DNA of 64,000 bases from assembly GCA_050125095.1 (NCBI GenBank), contig JASFEA010000002.1:69-64068 (forward strand), read 5' to 3'. The stretch is from a bacterium (GTDB lineage: Bacteria > Arandabacterota > Arandabacteria > Arandabacterales > JALGWA01). Shown one piece after another: positions 57,561 through 64,000 of the stretch. The stretch's first letter is position 1, and every line of letters starts with the position of its first letter. The position numbers and the translations under genes are program-made. A model generated the notes under the pieces. That model was not told the origin of the DNA, did no database searches, and saw only the letters and a program-made list of their open reading frames with translations.

Positions 57561-59153
57561 TTAGTGCTCGTGTTTCTCGGTGCTGTAGATCAGGCGGTAG
57601 TTGCCATTCCCGGTCTCATCGGCGAATATGAAGCGCACTCTCGCCTGGGTGGAGGAGCGCTTGGCAAGCCGCCTTACCGGATTGCCTGGACCTTCATAAG
57701 TCCATATCTCGTAGGCTTTTCCATGCACGGTCTCCCCCCCGCGCTGGTCGAGATGTTCGTCGGTTTCTCCGGTAGTCCTGGTGTAACCCCCAGTCCCCTG
57801 CCCCCCCGACTCCAGAAACTCGCGCGAGTACGGGTCTGTCAGCACCGGTTCGGTCCCGCCGCCTATATCGCGCGTGCCCTGTACGAACTCATAGTCCGAG
57901 AAGTGGCTCTGTATGTCGTCGGGAGGCCCGTACTTTATGTAAAGCCTGCCCATGTCCGAAAGGGCGCCGCGCACCTCGGTCGAGTAGTGAAGATCGGCGT
58001 AGTGCACTCGCCTGTAGTGCTCCTCCAGGGCCTCGTTTCCAAGCGTGCCCGGGCTGGGGTCCAGCTCGGTCCAGAATTCGGTGAGGTACTGCTCGCGGGC
58101 CCCCGTGGAGAGAGCCCTGAATTCCTCCATCTCGTCTTCCTTCATTATATACAGCATGTCCTCCTCGACCTCATGCCCGTACTTGCCCCAGGAGAGCACC
58201 GTCCATGCGATATCGAACTTGGCCTGGGTCAGAGCGAGCCTGGCCCCGTCCGAATCCAGGGCCTCCACCCTGAGGAGATAGGTGCCGGCCGACAGCGAGC
58301 TTATGTCGAAGAGGGCCGCGTTGCCCACGCTCCAGCCCTCAATCGCCACCGTTCTCTGGTCTCTGAATATGGTGTCGCCCGTCGTGTTGATAATGGAGTA
58401 CGCCGTCACCAGGCTGTCGCCCGCGCCCTCCTCGGTGAAATCATAGATCTCATAGAAAAGCGAGAGCTCGTTGACCAGCAGGCCATACAGCCGGCTCGGA
58501 TTGGGGACCACCTCGTAGCCCGATTTCTCGAAGAGCCCGCTGGAGCGCCTGGATATGCTCCTCGCGAACTCGATGTCGCTCATGGCCACGGCTCCCCTCT
58601 CGAAGTCCCTGGAGACGACATTCATCTCGGCCATGCCCGTGTTCTTCTTCTTCAGAAGGTAGGAGACTATGGCCTTCTTGAGGGCGTTCTGGTCCTCTAT
58701 GGTGACTTTCACGGTGTATTGACCGGGGCTCACTTCGAAGCTCGACTCGAATACCTGGATTATGGTCCGGTCGGCTGTCTCGTTTTCGGTGTCGGCGAAG
58801 ACCTCCACTTCCTTCTCGGTCCGCGCCACCTGGGCGCCGTCCATGTCATATACGACGACTTCATAGATGAGATCGCCCTTAAACCTTGTCTGCCTGTCTA
58901 TGAACTCGATCTGGTCATTGGATACGACGCAGTACACTTCCTCCGTATTCCTGCCATCCGAGCCATAGAAGGTCACCACGTCCGCGTGGAAGATTATGTC
59001 CCCCTCGCTCGGCCGCGGGACCTCCTGGTCCGCGACGGCCTGCCGGGGTCCGACTGCCGCAAGGGCTGCGGCGGCAAATAGAATCAGGGGCAGCCTTGAG
59101 CCGGCCGCCCCTGCTTTAGATTTTAGATTGCACATATTTAGAAATTCGCCCAC
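57561..59153 (-). CDS. GWxTD-domain secreted protein, paralog 2 (divergent motif, C-terminal insertion)
   Basis: 530 aa. It aligns with paralog 1 by eye: TEFWTELDPSPGT vs DEFWKEKDPTPDT; LEEHYRRVHYADLHYSTEVRGALSDMGRLYIKYGPPDDIQS vs FYDEHVRRFDTANVRFGAPQTAGWKTDRGRIYIIYGEPDQIES; ARVRFIFADETGNGNYRL vs RRFVFVDELGFGDYRL. It overlaps the upstream PorV-like gene by 16 nt. Confidence 0.65.
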   Translation of the reverse strand: MGEFLNMCNLKSKAGAAGSRLPLILFAAAALAAVGPRQAVADQEVPRPSEGDIIFHADVVTFYGSDGRNTEEVYCVVSNDQIEFIDRQTRFKGDLIYEVVVYDMDGAQVARTEKEVEVFADTENETADRTIIQVFESSFEVSPGQYTVKVTIEDQNALKKAIVSYLLKKKNTGMAEMNVVSRDFERGAVAMSDIEFARSISRRSSGLFEKSGYEVVPNPSRLYGLLVNELSLFYEIYDFTEEGAGDSLVTAYSIINTTGDTIFRDQRTVAIEGWSVGNAALFDISSLSAGTYLLRVEALDSDGARLALTQAKFDIAWTVLSWGKYGHEVEEDMLYIMKEDEMEEFRALSTGAREQYLTEFWTELDPSPGTLGNEALEEHYRRVHYADLHYSTEVRGALSDMGRLYIKYGPPDDIQSHFSDYEFVQGTRDIGGGTEPVLTDPYSREFLESGGQGTGGYTRTTGETDEHLDQRGGETVHGKAYEIWTYEGPGNPVRRLAKRSSTQARVRFIFADETGNGNYRLIYSTEKHEH

Positions 59154-60115
59154 AGGGATATCTTATGCGAGGTTCCCAGGAGCCCGAAATCCGAGAAACC
59201 GTAATCTACGCCCCAGATGGAGGGCTTGTTGGTCAGTCCGATCCTCACGAACGGGAACTTCACGCCGAAGCCGCCTGTGAGACCTTCTTCATCCCTGTTG
59301 AACCTGTAACCGCCTCTGACAGCGACCTCGAAGTTGGGCCCGTATTTCTGATACACATACTCCCCGCCGAGGTTAATGCGCTCGGCTCCGTCCGGCGGAT
59401 GGTTGAACTCGAAGGCGCCCAGGAACCTGTGGTCCGGGACGTCCAAGAGGGGCATGGACGCGCCCACCTTGAAGGTGATGGGCATGGGGCTCTCCTTGCC
59501 GTCATCGCGGAACTTGTAGCCGGCCCCCATGTTCTGGAAGCACATGCCCAGCTTGATGCCCTTGAACCCGGTGTCGTAGAGCGTCCCCAGGTCCACCGCG
59601 AAAGTCTCGCCGCTGTAATCCGCAAGTCCTTCGTGGATCCACTTGAGAGTGACTCCGAAGGAAAACCTGTCGGTAAACATATTGGCATACGTCAGAGCGA
59701 AGGCCATGCTGCCCGCATCGAAGGAGTAGCCCGTACCGTCCGGCCTGTACTCCGTGGTCTCGGGCATCGGGTCCATCTGAAGGACCGTGGCGCTGACGCC
59801 CAGGACTCCCGGCAGGAACTTGTATGAGAAGACATAAGTGGCGAACTCATGGCTTATCTCCGCCGGCCAGCTGCCGTGGCTGAGATTGAACTCGCTCCCT
59901 TCGATGAGAGCTATGCCCGCGGGATTCCAGTAGATGGCTGTCGCGTCATCCGAAACCGCCACGAAGGCCTCGCCCATGGCAATAGCGCGGGCCCCCACTC
60001 CGATCTTAAGGAACTGGGCTCCGACCGTCCCGACCTTCTCGAAGATCTCCGCGGACCAGCTAGTCGCACCAATGACCAGTATCAGCGTCACCGCGACAGT
60101 CAGCGTTCTCTTCAA
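59138..60115 (-). CDS. FadL-fold outer-membrane beta-barrel, PorV/PorP-like (T9SS-associated candidate), module 2
   Basis: 325 aa. Signal peptide, motif KVGTVGAQFLKIGVGARAIAMGEAFVAVSDDATAIYWNPAGIA, and C-terminal …ISLWANF. It is a paralog of 43735..44721. Confidence 0.5.
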   Translation of the reverse strand: MKRTLTVAVTLILVIGATSWSAEIFEKVGTVGAQFLKIGVGARAIAMGEAFVAVSDDATAIYWNPAGIALIEGSEFNLSHGSWPAEISHEFATYVFSYKFLPGVLGVSATVLQMDPMPETTEYRPDGTGYSFDAGSMAFALTYANMFTDRFSFGVTLKWIHEGLADYSGETFAVDLGTLYDTGFKGIKLGMCFQNMGAGYKFRDDGKESPMPITFKVGASMPLLDVPDHRFLGAFEFNHPPDGAERINLGGEYVYQKYGPNFEVAVRGGYRFNRDEEGLTGGFGVKFPFVRIGLTNKPSIWGVDYGFSDFGLLGTSHKISLWANF

Positions 60116-60140
60116 AGTACTCCTCCTTCCTTCCTCTCTC

Positions 60141-62255
60141 CTATCTGACCACGACGAACTTGTTGATTTCCGTACCCAGAGGTGATTCCGTATGGACTAT
60201 ATATATTCCGCTAACGATTTCCTGGTTGTTCCTCGATACGAGGTTCCATCCCGGCGGCTCGCCGCTGGGGTCGGTGGGGTCCTCGAAGTACCTCTCCCAT
60301 ACGAGGTCGCCCGAGAGGCTGTATATCCTCACTGTGGCCTGCCGCGGCAGGTTGAGGAAGCGGACCCTCCTGCCGGACGGGTCCCTTTCATACTCTACCA
60401 TGTCTCCTATCGCGTGGCCCGTCTGCCTGGCCTCTTCGCTCATGCCCGGATAGGGATTGGGCACTATGCGGACCTTGCCCGTAACCCTCGCCGGCGTCCC
60501 TCTGGGATAGACCAGCTGCATCGACTGCGAGTAACTCCCGTAACGGGGCACGGGCGTCAGCTCTCCCGTGGCGGGATTCCTGATGACCTCCGCGCTGCCG
60601 TCGTCGTACGCCGTGACGGCATACCAGTACGGAATACCGTTATGGACGTCCGAATCCACATAGCGGTACTTGCCTATGCCGTTCAGGCCGGTATCTACGA
60701 GCGGCAGGTCCTTCTTGTTGATGTCCATTAAGAGCTGCCACTGGTCGGCCGACGGCACCTCGCTCTCATGCCTCCAGCCCTTGGCTTTCCAGATGCGGTA
60801 GCCGTCGAAGTCGTACACGCGCTGCAGCGGGTCCGGCACCGTCTCGGAGTAATCGTCCCACTCGATGAAGATCTTGCCGTCCCCCGCGATGAGTCTCTGC
60901 TTGGGCGGAGGGGGCGGGCTCGAGCCCAGCCAGTTGACGAAGACCTGCTGGCCTCCGGGACCCGCCATTGGCCCGCCGTTATAGACTTTCTGGGCGTTGG
61001 TGGCGTTCGCTATGAGGTCGCTGAAGGGGTCGCCGCATACGAAGGCGACCTGGAAAACCAGCGTGCTTCCGGCCGGAATCTCGGCGAAACGGCCCGCGGA
61101 TACGAGGAACCTGTAGTCCGCCGCCTTGGTCGTCGGGGGGTCTATGGTCTTCTCGGTGTCCGACACGCCCCTCATATAGCGGTACCTCTCCTTGTCGTTC
61201 TCAGGGTCCTGCTCGCCGCTCGACCAGCGTTTGAACATATGAATGCCGACCTCGGACGGCGCCAGGTTGCCCTGCGGGTCGGTAGTATGCCCGAGGAACA
61301 TTACCCCGATATATCCGGGCACATCGCCGTCTTCACCCCCGGGGTAGTCGTACATATAGCCCATGGTGATGTGATAGTCCACCGCTACCTCGCCCCCCTC
61401 CGGGCTTATTTCACGGCGGATTACGGTGGTGTCTATATAGGCGGCCATGTCGTCCACGTAGGACTGCGGGACCTGGCGCACCGGGCCCACGTCGCCGTCC
61501 ACCATGAAGGCGATATAGGCGTTATGGATGGAGCGGTCGCCGTCATTGGTGACCTTGTATTCGATACCTATGAAGTCCTCTATAGCGGGACTGGTCCACG
61601 CGTAGCTCTCCTGCCTGACCTTCAGGTAGAGAGGCACATGGAAGTCCTCTGTCCTGGTCCTGTTAAAAGAGGTCGCCGAGTCGTAGAAGACGGCCGTATA
61701 CATCTGCTGGGAAATGGCGGCGAAGTCCTCGTCCACAAGGCCGTCGCCGTCATTGTCATAGCCGTCGAGCGGGTCCTCGTCATAGAGGTTGTCGGCGTCA
61801 TCGTCCTGCAGCCTGTTTCCGCTTGGCTGCCCCTCGAAAGTCTCGTAGACGATGTCCCTGGGGTCGGGCTTGGGATAGAACTCGAGCTGGTAGACAGCCG
61901 CGGTGACGAGCGTGTCCTCTCTTCCGCTCTCGCGCACGACGCCGCCCACCCACAGACCCGCGGCAAACAGGTACTCGATGCTGCTGCCGGCGGGCCACTC
62001 GCCCGACGGCGAGGTCGGGTCCGCATTGTAATCCCCGAGCATGCCGAGGTTGGAGGTATGCAGGAGGAGCTGGTTCACATTGTGGTATATGCCCCTGAAC
62101 CTGACGAGCCCCTGCTGGCCCTCGAGCCCGGGATCGTCATATACCGCCTCCTCATAATAGGCCAGCGCGCCCGCGGCCATGAGCGCAGCGAATAGTGCGG
62201 CGATCACCGGAATCCTCAAGACCGGCATCCGGCTCGCCCTCTTCTTGTTGTCCAT
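60141..62255 (-). CDS. secreted protein with C-terminal T9SS type-A sorting domain; module 2 cargo (paralog of 44742..46625)
   Basis: 704 aa with a signal peptide. Shared N-terminal motifs with the module-1 cargo (ALAYYEEAV; GLWVGG; GYRIWKAKG…YAVTAYDDGS FN3-like). CTD …VRIVPNPYPGMS…FLNLPRQATVRIYSLSGDLV…GWNLVSRNNQEIVSGIYIVHTES…NKFVVVR. Confidence 0.65.
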   Translation of the reverse strand: MDNKKRASRMPVLRIPVIAALFAALMAAGALAYYEEAVYDDPGLEGQQGLVRFRGIYHNVNQLLLHTSNLGMLGDYNADPTSPSGEWPAGSSIEYLFAAGLWVGGVVRESGREDTLVTAAVYQLEFYPKPDPRDIVYETFEGQPSGNRLQDDDADNLYDEDPLDGYDNDGDGLVDEDFAAISQQMYTAVFYDSATSFNRTRTEDFHVPLYLKVRQESYAWTSPAIEDFIGIEYKVTNDGDRSIHNAYIAFMVDGDVGPVRQVPQSYVDDMAAYIDTTVIRREISPEGGEVAVDYHITMGYMYDYPGGEDGDVPGYIGVMFLGHTTDPQGNLAPSEVGIHMFKRWSSGEQDPENDKERYRYMRGVSDTEKTIDPPTTKAADYRFLVSAGRFAEIPAGSTLVFQVAFVCGDPFSDLIANATNAQKVYNGGPMAGPGGQQVFVNWLGSSPPPPPKQRLIAGDGKIFIEWDDYSETVPDPLQRVYDFDGYRIWKAKGWRHESEVPSADQWQLLMDINKKDLPLVDTGLNGIGKYRYVDSDVHNGIPYWYAVTAYDDGSAEVIRNPATGELTPVPRYGSYSQSMQLVYPRGTPARVTGKVRIVPNPYPGMSEEARQTGHAIGDMVEYERDPSGRRVRFLNLPRQATVRIYSLSGDLVWERYFEDPTDPSGEPPGWNLVSRNNQEIVSGIYIVHTESPLGTEINKFVVVR

Positions 62256-62275
62256 TGACCTGCCCTCCGTTGCGA

Positions 62276-64000
62276 TTACCAGTCGAATGAAACGCCGACC
62301 TTGAAACTGCGTGGCGGTGAGTAGACACGCGGGTCATAGATGGGCACGTATATGACTTCCTGTATGCCCAGAAGCTCGCCCTCGTCATACGCGCCGCCCA
62401 GTTCTCCCTCTGTCGTATAGTACGCCGTGTAGTTTCCTGAACCGCCCGGCCAGCTGCCCGGGTTCATGTTGGCTATGTTCTGAGTGTCCAGGATGTTCCT
62501 GCCTTCGAGGAACAGCGAGATCTCCTGCCCCGCGATCCTGAACCTCTTGTCGGCTCTCACGTTGATCGTGCTCCTGGCCGGGAGCCTCTCCGAGTTGATG
62601 AGCTCCGCCCGGACCTCCCTCTCCCTGGGGTAAATGGGCGTATACGGACGGCCGGTAGAGTAGTTCCAGTCCAGGTTGGCGCCCCAGAGGCCCGGCTCGC
62701 TGAGATAGAAGTTGGCGCTGAAGACGTGGTTCCTGTCCCAGTCCAGAGGCAGCTCGGTGATGGGAGCGCGGTCGAGGCCGCCGCCCACAACATTGGCGCC
62801 CTGGAGCTCGTTGGAGCTCGACCCTGTCGCCTGGGAGAACGTATAGGTGAAACCTCCGGAGAAGCGGTGGCTGAACCTCTTGGTCAGCTTGAACTCGATG
62901 CCCCTTACGGACCCGTAGTCCATATTGACGTAGACCACGGGTTCGGCCGTCGGCCCGTAGATCTGCTGGAACTCCGAATCCTCCACCAGGTCGCCGGCCC
63001 TGGTTCCCACCAGGCCGAATATGTCCTTGTAGAACATGGCTATGTCGCCGACCAGCGTATTGCTGAACTGGTGCTGAATGCCGATCTCATAGGAGATGGT
63101 CGTCTCGGCGTCCATGAGCGGGTTCCCGAAGGGCAGGAGGCCCGTCTCCGTCTGGCCGAGGAACTGGAACAGCACCTCGAGCCTCGGTATCTGGTAGAAC
63201 CTTCCGTAGTTGAAGTACAGCGCGTCCCTCTCCGATATGGGATAGGAGACGCCCAGCCTCGGGCTGATCTGCCACTCGGTCCTGTCCAGGAAGCTGTCGG
63301 GCTCCCTCGTCTCCAGCGTCTGGAAGAGGAAATCGTTATAGGCGTCGACGGCGTCCTTGCCAGGGTCGAAGAGGTCGAGCCTCAACCCGGCCCTCACGTT
63401 CATACCCTCGAACTTGATCCTGTCCTGCAGGAATGCCGAGAGGCCCCAACAATTGAACTTGTAGATATCGGTGAACACGCCCAGGGGACTGTCGTAGGAC
63501 GGGTAAGTGATATCCATCATCTCGAGCCTGTAGTAGTTGAACTCGCCGCCGAACTTGACCTGATGCGTGACGCCTTTCTGTATGGTCATGTCCGCCTTGG
63601 CGGTGGACATACGCGTTTCATAGCGCTGGTAGTAAGGGAGGTCGCCCGTCACCATGAAGTACCTGTTCTCCGGGTCCAGCCGTTCGTTCTGCGACGGCGT
63701 GACGTACTGGTAGGGCTCCTTGTCCAGCACCTGCTGCCTGCTGAGAGTCTTGTAGGTCCCGATCCTCGCCGTGTAGAACGAAGTCGGGCTCAGCGTGTGG
63801 TTCCACACGAACTTGAACTGGTTGTGACTGGTGTTGACGTCCGGCGTATGGGCCGGGGCGATGTACAGCGTGTAAGTCGAATCCAGCGGCTCAAACCACC
63901 AGTGCTCCAGGGTCTCCGACCAGTAGCCCACCCTGCTCATGGAATGATTGTACCTGTCGAACTTGCCGCCCGAAGACAGCATCTCGAAAGACAGCTTCTT
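62276..64000 (-). CDS. TonB-dependent receptor, C-terminal ~575 aa (gene start lies beyond window end), module 2
   Basis: The reading frame is open through position 64000; the ORF-track M at 63982 is internal. It has barrel-region similarity to the module-1 TBDR (…RAGLRLDLFDPG… vs …NAGLRLDVFAPA…) and a C-terminal …KVGVSFDW. Confidence 0.7.
   Translation of the reverse strand, partial: KKLSFEMLSSGGKFDRYNHSMSRVGYWSETLEHWWFEPLDSTYTLYIAPAHTPDVNTSHNQFKFVWNHTLSPTSFYTARIGTYKTLSRQQVLDKEPYQYVTPSQNERLDPENRYFMVTGDLPYYQRYETRMSTAKADMTIQKGVTHQVKFGGEFNYYRLEMMDITYPSYDSPLGVFTDIYKFNCWGLSAFLQDRIKFEGMNVRAGLRLDLFDPGKDAVDAYNDFLFQTLETREPDSFLDRTEWQISPRLGVSYPISERDALYFNYGRFYQIPRLEVLFQFLGQTETGLLPFGNPLMDAETTISYEIGIQHQFSNTLVGDIAMFYKDIFGLVGTRAGDLVEDSEFQQIYGPTAEPVVYVNMDYGSVRGIEFKLTKRFSHRFSGGFTYTFSQATGSSSNELQGANVVGGGLDRAPITELPLDWDRNHVFSANFYLSEPGLWGANLDWNYSTGRPYTPIYPREREVRAELINSERLPARSTINVRADKRFRIAGQEISLFLEGRNILDTQNIANMNPGSWPGGSGNYTAYYTTEGELGGAYDEGELLGIQEVIYVPIYDPRVYSPPRSFKVGVSFDW

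Overview
This is a GC-rich, gene-dense 64-kb chromosomal segment from a Gram-negative bacterium. There are no rRNA or tRNA genes, no CRISPR array and no IS or transposase genes. About 57 of 61 genes lie on the minus strand, with frequent 4-17 nt start/stop overlaps.

Several families recognised by eye point to the Fibrobacteres-Chlorobi-Bacteroidetes (FCB) group, possibly Gemmatimonadota-like; this is an inference, not a search result. They are a SprA-like 2012-aa outer-membrane protein, type-A C-terminal sorting domains (CTDs) of the type IX secretion system (T9SS) that carry the NPY...NLP...SGIYIY...KF..R signature, FadL/PorV-like barrels, GWxTD-domain proteins, an exbB-exbD-exbD-tonB operon, and a TonB-dependent receptor (TBDR) with an N-terminal carboxypeptidase-regulatory-like domain.

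The left two thirds of the window (9-38 kb) is a long co-oriented housekeeping array:
- Envelope and LPS genes: bamD, nadD, kdsB-pyrG-kdsA-kdsC-kdsD, an LpxL-like acyltransferase, lptC/A-like and lptB.
- Central metabolism: a four-subunit 2-oxoacid:ferredoxin oxidoreductase (D-A-B-G order), a split class I fumarase and a radical-SAM/DUF2344 fusion next to rng.
- Translation and regulation: rplU-rpmA, rpoN, lipA, hpf, hprK-ptsH-ptsI, a PMI/PGI-type isomerase, a sugar nucleotidyltransferase, and metK-ahcY.

The right third (43.7-64 kb) is an outer-membrane transport super-cluster, and it is the most unusual part of the window.
- Two paralogous three-gene modules are present, each TBDR -> T9SS-CTD secreted protein -> FadL/PorV-like beta-barrel.
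- Between them lie an ExbB-ExbD-ExbD-TonB system, a TolC, two paralogous GWxTD-domain proteins, and a cytoplasmic murein-peptide catabolic trio (NlpC/P60 YkfC-like endopeptidase, DUF1611, L-Ala-D/L-Glu epimerase).
- I read this as a previously undescribed, Sus-like but T9SS-dependent surface capture and uptake system, possibly for peptidoglycan-derived peptides.

Other notable items:
- A ~140-190 bp intergenic structured repeat occurs twice; its terminal inverted arms differ between copies but stay complementary within each copy.
- An HdrC-HdrB-like pair is translationally coupled to dihydrolipoyl dehydrogenase.
- The SprA-like giant has a ~320-aa acidic low-complexity N-terminal region.
- Several sigma70-like promoter candidates sit on AT-rich islands.

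All calls come from reading the translations and DNA by eye; no database searches were run.
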